Shown here in pieces: positions 11,054-20,057 of a stretch of DNA of 64,000 nt. Numbering within the stretch: position 1 is the first letter of the stretch; every line of letters starts with the position of its first letter. The DNA lies in the NCBI GenBank assembly GCA_963810095.1, contig CAWEMM010000006.1:832001-896000 (forward strand), written 5' to 3'. Source of the DNA: an uncultured Chloroflexia bacterium. Lineage in GTDB: Bacteria > Chloroflexota > Anaerolineae > CG2-30-64-16. Below the pieces are notes generated by a model. It made no database searches. It saw only the letters and a program-made list of their open reading frames with translations, and was not told where the DNA came from. Made by a program: the position numbers and the translations under genes.

Positions 11054-11786
11054 TTAGGCGGTCCTGCGGCGGGAGATCATCACGCCGACGACGACGCCCA
11101 GCGCCACCACGCCGAGGCCCGCATAGAGCGGCCAGGCGGTGCGGGTGGCGGAGGCGGAGCTCATGTCGACGGCGTTGGGCTTGGTGCCACTGATTGTGAG
11201 CACGGGACGGAACGCCGGGTTCGCGGTGTACTCTTGGCTGTAGAAGTTTACCTGGCTCGTAGTCGAGCAATTAGCACTGAAGCTCATTGCCAGGGTGACC
11301 ACGTTGTCGCCATCGGCCTGCAGCTGAACATAGTTCTTCAGACCCGCGTCCGCGCCGCCCCAAGTCAAGGGAGTGCCCGCGGTGGTGCTGCTGGCGATGA
11401 CCTTGCTTTCAATCACCGTCGCGCCAGCCGTAGTAGGGGCATTAGTTGCATTGAGCGTGGCAGGATCGAAATCAGCGACGCCATACAGAGTCAGGGTCGG
11501 ATTATTGGCAAGGCCGTTAAGCGTCGCACCATGGGTGAGTGCGAGCGAAGCAGAATTGACCGTGCCAAAGGTGGATGCGTCGAACTGGAAATAGCCGATC
11601 CACGTGTCGTTGCATGTCCCCGTCGAATCGGCGACTACCACTTGCTGCACCGTCGGGTTATTGCTCCCTCCGCTACCGAGAATGACATAAGTATCATAGT
11701 AAGGGCCGGTGAAAGCCGCGGATGCCACTTCCAACACCGACTGCAAACAGCACAAATACCAGGAACAGGTACGAGAAATGCTTCAT
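11054..11786 (-). CDS. Secreted/surface protein, DNRLRE/CBM96-like beta-sandwich with C-terminal PNAV-TM-RRR tail (frameshift near 11735)
   Basis: DTYV, GYFQFD, VNSASLAL, YSQE..RPVLTI motifs; tail KPNAVDMSSASAT...WPLYAGLGVVALGVVVGVMISRRRTA; AAGGAG RBS before ATG 11786. Confidence 0.65.
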
Positions 11787-11815
11787 GGGACGCTCCTTAG
11801 ATCAGGATGACAAGA

Positions 11816-12517
11816 TCAGGGCCAAGTAGTTGGCGCACCGGTTGCGAGGCAGGCGACGTACGGATATCCGATTTTCACCGGGAAATTGGTGCCGCTTCCA
11901 CCAAATTCGTCGACAGTCCAGATATCAAACAACTGAAGCGTAGCGTCCCAGTGCAGGACCTGAGTGGCGCTCAACGCCGTTGCCAGCTGCGTCGCGTTGG
12001 TGATCGTGGACTGGTCCAGCGGGAGCGAGAATTCGTTGAACTTGCACGAGGCCGCCGTAACGAAGGTGAAGTGAGTGCTTCCCTGTGCGGGGACATCGCC
12101 AACAAACGAAACCACTGCCGGGGCCGTCAAGTCGAGGAGCAGCCGATCCGCGCCCCCAACGGCTAGCGGGAACTTGGTCCCCGATCCGCCAAACTCGTCA
12201 ATCGTCCAGATCTGGTAAACCTGGTTCACATTGTCCCACGCCAACGCTTGACGCACGCTGCTGCCGACCAGCTTGGCAAGCCCATCTGCATCAAAGGACA
12301 GGCCCGCAGTGGTGAACTGATTGGCAGAATTGAGAGGCATCGCAATCATGTTGAAGTTCGGTCCGGCCGTCGGCGCATCCGGGTGATACTCCGGCGCGGC
12401 GGCCGATACAGGCGCCCCAGCCAGCGGCGCGTTAGCATTGGGCAACGCCAACACGGCAAGTGCACCCAGCCCGAGGAGCAGGGCCACGGCGAGGACAGTC
12501 GTGAGAACTCGTCTCAT
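11816..12517 (-). CDS. Secreted protein with two tandem ~95-aa repeats
   Basis: Signal peptide; repeats FNMIAMPL..WD..Q..IWTIDEFGGSGTKFP and FNEFSLPL..WD..Q..IWTVDEFGGSGTNFP; AGGAGG RBS. Confidence 0.75.
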   Translation of the reverse strand: MRRVLTTVLAVALLLGLGALAVLALPNANAPLAGAPVSAAAPEYHPDAPTAGPNFNMIAMPLNSANQFTTAGLSFDADGLAKLVGSSVRQALAWDNVNQVYQIWTIDEFGGSGTKFPLAVGGADRLLLDLTAPAVVSFVGDVPAQGSTHFTFVTAASCKFNEFSLPLDQSTITNATQLATALSATQVLHWDATLQLFDIWTVDEFGGSGTNFPVKIGYPYVACLATGAPTTWP

Positions 12518-12599
12518 TGGGGATTCCTCCTTGGTTTGCGACGCGCTGTAGGCAACAGCGGCCGTCTAACTTCAATATCCGTCGGTTGAGGCAGTCAGG

Positions 12600-12629
12600 A
12601 TTATACATCCTCGTGCCAATTAGTGTCAA
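12600..12629 (-). promoter_or_regulatory. Consensus sigma70 promoter upstream of the 12517/11786 genes
   Basis: Minus strand TTGACA (12629-12624), 18-bp spacer, TATAAT (12605-12600). Confidence 0.75.
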
Positions 12630-12731
12630 GCGACAACAAGCGGATTGGAATCTACGGGAAACTACGCAAGCGATTTGGCATCAGGGGCAGGCCGACGACG
12701 GTGAGACGGTCCCGCGCCTGCCCCAAACGCC

Positions 12732-15700
12732 TTAAGGCGCGCCCGGGAACAAGGGTGAAGTCGAATTCCGCCTCCTCCCGCGAGTCGAGCGAGCGTCCGC
12801 CTGCGCCGTTGACCGCTACCACCTTGTAGAAATGGTTCACTGCCGGGTCGCCCACCACGCCCTTGTCGATGTACACACTGCGATCCCCGCCGAAGTCGGA
12901 CGGGTGGACCTCGGACACGAGCGTCATGCTCGCGCCCGCACCCGTCGTGCCGTACGGCGTCTCGCTGCGCCACAATTCGTACCGGTTCGGAAACTCGTAG
13001 CCGTCGGACACGTCACGGATGATCGCCGCCCAATTCACGTTCAGATCGACCGTGTTGGTGATGACGGAGAAGGGCAGCGGCACCTCCGGCTGGTCGGCTT
13101 TGCTGGGCGCCACCAGGACGAGACCCGACTGGGGCGGTACGTCAGCGGTAATCTGGCACACGACGAACGTGTCCGGGTTGCATTGGGTCGTGAACGTGTT
13201 GCCGGTCACGACGTCCATCCACACTTCGTCCTGGAATGAGAGGTAAGGCGCCTTCTCCAGGTTTTGGAACACGATCGTGTGCGTCACCGCATCGCGATTC
13301 AGCGCGATCAGCTGCGGACTTCTGCTCGGCCTCCAGCGTTCGCGCGTAGGCATAGAGCTTGTCGGCGTCCGAGATGACGAGGCCGTGCTGCACGTCGCCA
13401 TACTGCAGCGCCGGGTAACCCTGCCGGGCACTGGTGAGGCTGCGCAGGAAGGGCAACGTGCCGGTGTAGGGCGTGTACGAGCCGGGGGTGTCGTCCCAGG
13501 GGAACGGCGTCCGGTTGTAAGGATCGTCCTGCCACGTCGCGTTGGTGCTGTCCCAGACGCCATCCGCCTGCACCTGCATCTCGTCCCCGTAATAGAGCGT
13601 CGGTGCGCCGGCGTAGGTCAGGTTGAAGAGCCAGTACTCCTTCATGCGCTGCAGCGCCGCCGCATCGTCGTCATTGTTGATCTTCTTCAGGAGGAAACGC
13701 AGGCGGTTTGTGTCGTGCGAGTCGCCCATATTCATCATGGCCTTGAACGCTGCCGGCGGGTAGTCCTCCTGGATCGAGCGCAGGCGGGCGTTGAGCTGGG
13801 AAGGCGTCAACGCGCTGATGGGGCCCGACGCGCTGTTCGCGTTGTCGTCGTTATCCTGGAAACTGGTGCCGCCCGTGCAGCCATCACCCGAGCATCCCGT
13901 GAAGAGCCAGCCGAGCGCGGCCGAGCGCAGGCGGTAGTTCATCGCACTGTCCCACTCGTTGCCAAGCAGCCAGGGCGACGCGTCGCCCCACTCCTCGCCC
14001 AGAACGAGGGGCACCGTGCGAGTCTGCACGCTCGTATCCTTGACCGCAGCACGGAAGCCTTCCCAGTAGGTATTTGGCTGCGCCGGGTCCTCCTGCGTCA
14101 GTCCTGGATCGATGTCGCCGGCCACGTCGAGCCGCCACCCGGAGGCACCTTGCTGCACCCAGTAAGGTCCGATGGATGGCTGCACACCCGTGCCACCGAT
14201 TCCCTTCGCGTACACGAGGTCACGCACGCCCTGGTTCGCGGAATCCAGCTTAGGCAGCGAGCCATAACCGTACCAGGCCGTGTACGTCTGCGTCCATGCC
14301 CCGCCGCGGTCGTCCGTGTCCGTGGGGTCGCAGCGGTCGTCGGCCCCCGAAGCGGGAGAGCCGCCATCCGGGATGAAGAACCACGCCCGGCGCGGCGAGT
14401 TCGGGCTCTCGCAGGCCTGAATGTTGTCGTCCAGGCCGGGACCGGTATTGCTGACCAGTTGGTCCTTGAAGTTGTACCGGCTGTAGCGATCGAAGTACGC
14501 GCTGTCCGACGACGTGTGGTTGAACACGCCATCGAGGATGATGCTGATGCCCTTGGCCGCCGCCGCGGCCTTGAGGTTTTGCCAGGCGGTCGAACCGCCA
14601 AATTCTTGGTCGATGCTGCGGTAGTTCGCCGTGTCGTACTTGTGATTCGACGGCGACGAAAAGATCGGGTTGATGTAGATGGCGCTCACCCCGAGGTTGT
14701 TGAAATAACCGTCGTTGATCTTCTGTGCGATGCCGGCCAGGTCGCCGCCGTAGAGGTTCTCGCCGAACTTGTTCTGACAAGGCCCCGTGCTGCGGGGGTC
14801 GCACAGGGTCGTGTTCCAGGTCATCGTGAACGAACGATAGATGGTGCCGCCGGGCTGATTATAGTAGAAGCGCGACTTGACCGCGTTGTTCACCGATTGG
14901 CCGTCGCGGAACCGGTCGGGGAAGATTTGGTAAACAATGCCCTTCTGCATCCAGTCGGGCGTGGTGAAGTTCTGGTCATAAACCGTGAGTTGATAAGAGT
15001 TGGCCTCGGCGTTGGCCTGGTTATCGTCAGGGGTGCCGTAGCCTCCGCCGTAGAACTTCGGGTCATCGTCCCGATAGAAGACCGTCTTCGTGCCGTCGAT
15101 CAGGCGGAAGGTGTAGTACAGAATCGTGGGGTCGGCCGGCACGGGCAGGTCGTAGGTCCAGAAAGTTACTTCGCCGTGCACCGGGTCGACCAGCTCGGGG
15201 CCGGCAACCATATCGTAGAGCAACTCGGTGTTCGTGCGATCGTCCCAGACCCGCAGCTTGGCGGCGGTAAGGTCGCCCCGGCAGGCGCGTACCCGCAAGG
15301 ACAGCGTCCCCGGCGCATTGCTCACGGCTCCAAGCGGACTGCGGTAGTCGGTGCTGAACGAGTCATGGAGCAGGGCCGACCAGAAGATGTTGTTGTCGGG
15401 CTTGGCGCCCAGGCAGTCGCCCGAGGTCGGTTGGTTGACGGTCAGCTTGATGTTGCCGCTGGACATCGTCGCCCAGTATTTCACGGGCGGCGATTCAGTG
15501 ACGTCAGTGCAGTAGGCCGTGAACTCGTACAGGCCCGAGAGCGGGGAGACCGTGGCGGTGAAACGGTCGCTGTTGCCAACGTCCTCTGACCACGTCATGG
15601 GCGTGTCGAAGGGGGTGGGCTGCCAGGCGCCGCCAAAGCTCGCAACCTTCGACCAGTACAGGTGGCATTCGATCTCATAGCTGTCGCCTGGGATCACATC

Positions 15701-15946
15701 GGTGGTGCCGGCCTTGTAGGCGTCGACCGTCACGGTGAAGGACTGGCCCGAGTTAATGGCGTTGCTCGATCCGCTGGCCGGAATCAGGTTGCCGACCGTG
15801 TTGATGGTTTGCGGGCTGGTAGGTGCCGTTGGGGCCGCGGCGAGTGCTGCGGGCACACAGACCACCGCGGCAACTAGCAGCGATGCCAAAATCGCGTGGC
15901 GGGCGCGACGGAACGCGCTGCGCGGGGTTCGTCGTTGGGTCATCAT
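12732..15946 (-). CDS. Secreted GH13 alpha-amylase/amylopullulanase-like enzyme with C-terminal AEFDF domain (frameshift near 13320, probably another near 12745)
   Basis: YQIFPDRF, YGGDLAGI, HKYDT, LDGVFNH, GWRLDVA, LGEEW, DSHD conserved regions; the C-terminal part lies in ORF 12652..13563; removing one G gives the end LVPGAP* at 12732. Confidence 0.88.
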
Positions 15947-15969
15947 AGCGCACCTCGATGGGGAATCAG

Positions 15970-15983
15970 GTAAAGCGCTTAAA
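15970..15983. promoter_or_regulatory. Possible LacI-family operator upstream of the amylase
   Basis: GTAAAGCGCTTAAA with palindromic AAGCGCTT core, about 25 bp before the start codon. Confidence 0.45.
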
Positions 15984-16240
15984 ACAATCAGGCCGACACG
16001 CCGCAGATGTGCCGGCCTAGCGATGCGGGGACATGGTTGCGCAAGGTCGCGACAGACCGTTCGCGCACGCGGATGCCTTCACCGCGAAGGCCCCGCACTC
16101 GGTCAACAAGCTGCGACGGGGACTGGCAACGCAGCATGCCTCAGTCGGGGTCGAGCCGCCTTGGTCCATCCGGGCTGTCCGCCCCACCTGCAACAGCGGC
16201 GGTCGCATACGCGCCCGCCGGCCGCAGATGGCTGGAACTG

Positions 16241-16369
16241 CTACTTGTTCGTGCCGGCCGGATCAAGCGGATCAGGAATGCTCAACGGTGAACCGGCGCG
16301 TACCTCCAATGCCGACTCGTAGACCACTGCCGGCTCCTCGTATGGCTTGCGTTCCTGCTTCTGCTCCAT
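16241..16369 (-). CDS. 42-aa RiPP-like precursor peptide (absent from the ORF track)
   Basis: MEQKQERKPYEEPAVVYESALEVRAGSPLSIPDPLDPAGTNK*; AGGAGG RBS 5 nt upstream; KPYxxP leader motif; directly downstream of a PqqD gene. Confidence 0.8.
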   Translation of the reverse strand: MEQKQERKPYEEPAVVYESALEVRAGSPLSIPDPLDPAGTNK

Positions 16370-16471
16370 GATATCCTCCTAAAGATGTACCGCTACACAA
16401 CTACTGCGGAACTAGAGCGGCGCTGCGGCGATGTGGCATGGGATGGCAAGGGCATCACCGTGCGCCATGCG

Positions 16472-16744
16472 TCAAGAGTCAAAGGTCAGCAAACCCCGCC
16501 CGACCAGGTCTCGGCAGAAAGCCAGGGTGTCTGATTCGGCCTTGACCGAGCTGACCTCGTACTCTGCGGCGATCACGCGGGTTATATCGCCGATAGTGTG
16601 TTGTCCGTCGGCAAGCTCCCAGATGCGGGCGCCCACCCCGTTCAACACAGTCACCTTCTTCTGCTCCGCGTGAACCAGGACAGCCTCGCCGTCGAGCGTT
16701 CGACTCGCGACTCCCGACATGCGGCGTGGAACAACGTCTAGCAC
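16472..16744 (-). CDS. PqqD-family protein / RiPP recognition element (RRE)
   Basis: DGEAVLV..LNGVGARIWELADG..I..EYEV..D..F..L..GLL pattern; overlaps the stop of the kinase-like gene. Confidence 0.9.
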   Translation of the reverse strand: MLDVVPRRMSGVASRTLDGEAVLVHAEQKKVTVLNGVGARIWELADGQHTIGDITRVIAAEYEVSSVKAESDTLAFCRDLVGRGLLTFDS

Positions 16745-17611
16745 GGCGCCTCTTGAGCAATGACGTCCCAGAAGGCGTCATCCTTCCGAAAGTGCAGCCG
16801 CCGCACGCCGACTGCGCCGGCAATGTCGCGGCAGCGCTCCATCAGGACCGGCAGCAGATCCGGGTGGTCGTTCACCACCGGCGCGTTCGCGAGCAACTCG
16901 GCCGCGCCGGCTAGGCCCGGCATCGGCTCGAGAAATACCTCCCGATCCTGGATCAGTTTGTAAATCCCGGTGACCAAGCCGCTCTCGGCCTCACCTTCGC
17001 GGTCCATGGTGTCAAAATTCCAGAAGGGTGTGCCGTAGGCGCACCAACCGCGTGCGCTGCGGCGCAATAGGATCAGGTCATCACCGAGAGCCACAGCTCG
17101 CTTTGCGGCCTGCGAGAGTGCCACAACAGTCGACTTACCGCTCCCGCTTTGGCCCACGAATAGGGCAACCCGTCGCCGCGTCATCCCTGGTGCAGGTTGG
17201 GTCAGTGCCGGTCGCACTCTCGCGCATGAGCGCCGCACAGTGAAGCAATAATCCATCGCGCCGCAGAGCAAAGAGGGCCAACGCGATGCGCAGAAAGTAC
17301 TCTGCTTCCCGCGCGGGCTCGGCTGAGCGCATGCGCAACTCAGCCCGCCCCCGCAGTGCGTCAATCATACCATAGAACGTGGTGCCGTCAAGTAGGTAGT
17401 CTTCCCCCTTCTTTGTCAAAGACGCGTGCAAGATACTCTCGGACGTGCCCGGGGCGTTCGCCTCGGGCGCCTCGCCGTGTACGACGACGACAAAGTCGGT
17501 CGTCGCGGCGCGGGCACACGCAAAGCGGGCAAGACGCGGTGCGAGGCGGTCGACCAGCGCGGCCGGGCTTAGCTCCAGCTCGACACGCCAACGTGCCAAT
17601 TCTAAGAGCAT
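16738..17611 (-). CDS. HPr-kinase-related P-loop protein (ScmC/HprK-rel-like; frameshift near 17168)
   Basis: LLHCAAL, GQSGSGKST Walker A, LGDD, YGTPFW, LHFRKDDAFW motifs across ORFs 17135..17638 and 16738..17364. Confidence 0.8.
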
Positions 17612-17644
17612 GATAGCATGCCCCGGGGTCTGCCGCAACCGTAC

Positions 17645-18076
17645 TTAACCGCTATCACCGCGCGCCTTTTGCAGGAGCCGGCCGCCTCGCAGCCAGATCA
17701 GCAGGACCAGCACGGCCAGGCCGCCCAGCAGCACCGCATGCTGCCACTGCAAGCCGCCCGCGCGCACGCTGATCGGGCCGAAGCGGTTGACGAGCCCGTT
17801 TCGCTCCACTTCCTGCAACTCGTAGTAATAAGTCACGCCGCCCTGCGCCGTCTTGTCCAGGAAAGTGTATTCCTTCCCGGTCAACGGATCGGCGGATGGG
17901 GGTATCAACTCGTCGTTGACCTTGGTCTCGAACGGCCCATCAGGCGAGGTGCCGCGGTACAGGTTGAAGCCAGCCGTGTTCATCTCGGTTTCGGTCTTCC
18001 ACGTCACGCGCACCGGCGCGCCGCATCCGGCCAGCAAAAAGGTAAGCAGTGTCAGCAGAAACAGACAATTCCGCAT
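17645..18076 (-). CDS. Small lipoprotein with Fn3-like 'W.T.TE...GFNLYR' domain and C-terminal TM
   Basis: LLAGC lipobox; VTWKTETEMNTAGFNLYRG..YTFLD..YYYELQEV; hydrophobic tail followed by R/K. Confidence 0.75.
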   Translation of the reverse strand: MRNCLFLLTLLTFLLAGCGAPVRVTWKTETEMNTAGFNLYRGTSPDGPFETKVNDELIPPSADPLTGKEYTFLDKTAQGGVTYYYELQEVERNGLVNRFGPISVRAGGLQWQHAVLLGGLAVLVLLIWLRGGRLLQKARGDSG

Positions 18077-18198
18077 GGCGCCTCGAAAGACGGATAATGA
18101 CGCGGCCGGCAAAGCGCTCCGGTAGGCGCTCGCCTGATCCCGCGGAACAATGACAAGCGGCGGCCTGGCCGGCGCGATACGCGTGGCAGCCCTGCCCC

Positions 18199-20052
18199 TC
18201 ATGGACACGCAATCCGTGCGTCTGCGCCGAGTGTCACCTGCGTACGGCACTCCCGGAAGCTGAACGTGAGGGGCCAGCCCGCAGTGCCCGCCTGCTTGCG
18301 CACATACAGCTTGTACGGCTCGGCCGGAACTCCGGCCGGCAGCCGGTAGCGGAGCGTAACCGTGTGCGCGGCGCCCGGCGCCAGGACAAAGTCGCCGCTG
18401 AATACTGTGGCGCCGCCCTCGCCCGGCTCTGTGGAGGGCGAGTTCAGCCCTTCGGCCGCCAACAACTCACTCCCCGCGGGTGCGAAAACGCGCACGTAGT
18501 CCCAGTAACAGCGGGCCGCGAGTTCCGCATAGTTGGGGCCATAGTCGAGGCTTCGTTCACATTTGGAGTCGGCCTTGGCGGGGGCGGTGTGCGTGTAAGT
18601 GATGGTGAGGGTCGCCTCCAGCCCGCCTGACAGCTCCTGCACCCGGTAGTCGAGCGCCTGCTGGACGAACATGTTGGCCTTGTCAAAGCCCACGTTGCTG
18701 TCGACGACGGACAGGAAGTCGCTGGCGGCAGGCACGCGCACGGCGCCGTCCCAGCCTTGACGGGCAAGCAGCGCGGCCAGCGTGGGATCGTCGACGGCCG
18801 CCTGGATGTGGCGGCCGTCGAGCGCGGCGTAAAGCGTGCGCGCCAGCCCGACCGTGTCGAGGTCGCCGCCGGCCTGGACTTTAGCCAGGGCGGCTTTGAC
18901 AAGCTCGCCCATGAAGTCCTTGCGCTTGGTCCACCAATCGCCGGCCGCGCCGGTCTCCAGGGCCGCACCGCCGGCAGGACTTTCCCAGGCGGCCTTCATC
19001 CAGCCCAGCGCGTTCTCGCCCGTCACGGGCTCGGCGATGCCCGGCACCTGCAGGGGGCCGACCGCGCCGACCAGTTGGCGCACGGCTTCGAGATCGAGCG
19101 CGATGGCGCCGTCCGTCTCGATGCCCCGATCTTGCGCGTAGAGGGCGCGTGCGACGTCGGCCGAGCTTGGGAAATCAGGAGACCAGTTCGAGTCGCGCAG
19201 TACCCACAGGTCTGCCGCCATGTACTTGCGCAGCGCAGCCGGGGGCTCGGGGTGCGGCTGTTCCCAGTTATCCACCGCGTAGCTGTCGGTGAGCACCAGG
19301 TCCGTGAGCTTGCCCCGGTCGAGGGTCACATGACCCGCACCGCTGATGAAGCCGCCGGTCGCCCGCAGCTCGTCGCTGTTCTGCGCCAGCAGCAGATAGG
19401 TGCGCGGCCCGCCTGCGCCCAGCAGCTCGGGCGCGGCCTCGACCAGCGCCAGGCCGTCCTGGGCGAGCGGGAGCAGCTTGTCCAGCTTCTCTACCTGGCT
19501 GATAAGCCGCGGCTCGGCAAGGGGCGGCAGCTCGGCCCGGAGTTCCGCCGCGTTCGCCAGCCGCGCCCGGGCCTCGGCTACTGCGGGCTGCGCGGCCTCC
19601 AGCGCCTCGACGGCCTTCGGCAGGGTGTCCAGCCCCCCACCGTCTGCGACCAGTTGGCCGACGGGCGCGAGGGCATCGGAGGCGAGCCGGGCGGCCGCGG
19701 CAAACTCGACCGCCAGCTCGACCAGCTTGGGTGCTGCCACCAGGTCGGGCCCGAAACGGGGGGCCCAGCCGAGCGCGGGCGCGATGCGCAGGAATGGCCG
19801 GCCCGCCGCTTGGGCTTCGACGAGATGCGTCTGCAAGCTGGCCAGGTCAGCCTGCGCCTGGGGTAGGGCCGCCGCGGAGGGGTCGGCAAGAAGGCCCTGC
19901 AGACGATCGAGATCGTCCAGCGCGGCCCGGGCATAGAGCGCCGTGCGTGCGGCGCGCCAACCCAGCCATGCCAGGAGAGCAATGGCCGAGATGATCAGCG
20001 CAAGCGCCAGCCAGCGATTCAAGCGGCTTGGTCGGGAAGCAGTTTCGGGCAT
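18199..20052 (-). CDS. DUF4012-domain membrane-anchored protein
   Basis: RTYLLLAQNSDELRATGGFI, RDSNWSPDFP, DSNVGFDK, DYVRVFAP, KQAG motifs; N-terminal TM; the ORF-track extension to 20715 is a frameshift artefact. Confidence 0.85.
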   Translation of the reverse strand: MPETASRPSRLNRWLALALIISAIALLAWLGWRAARTALYARAALDDLDRLQGLLADPSAAALPQAQADLASLQTHLVEAQAAGRPFLRIAPALGWAPRFGPDLVAAPKLVELAVEFAAAARLASDALAPVGQLVADGGGLDTLPKAVEALEAAQPAVAEARARLANAAELRAELPPLAEPRLISQVEKLDKLLPLAQDGLALVEAAPELLGAGGPRTYLLLAQNSDELRATGGFISGAGHVTLDRGKLTDLVLTDSYAVDNWEQPHPEPPAALRKYMAADLWVLRDSNWSPDFPSSADVARALYAQDRGIETDGAIALDLEAVRQLVGAVGPLQVPGIAEPVTGENALGWMKAAWESPAGGAALETGAAGDWWTKRKDFMGELVKAALAKVQAGGDLDTVGLARTLYAALDGRHIQAAVDDPTLAALLARQGWDGAVRVPAASDFLSVVDSNVGFDKANMFVQQALDYRVQELSGGLEATLTITYTHTAPAKADSKCERSLDYGPNYAELAARCYWDYVRVFAPAGSELLAAEGLNSPSTEPGEGGATVFSGDFVLAPGAAHTVTLRYRLPAGVPAEPYKLYVRKQAGTAGWPLTFSFRECRTQVTLGADARIACP

Positions 20053-20057
20053 GCGTC

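Noticed and set aside
16241-17611. Complete lasso-peptide or PQQ biosynthesis cluster
   Set aside because: No asparagine-synthetase-like cyclase, B2 protease or pqqB/C/E in the window; the peptide lacks the PqqA ExxxY core in the expected position and the lasso Thr(-2)
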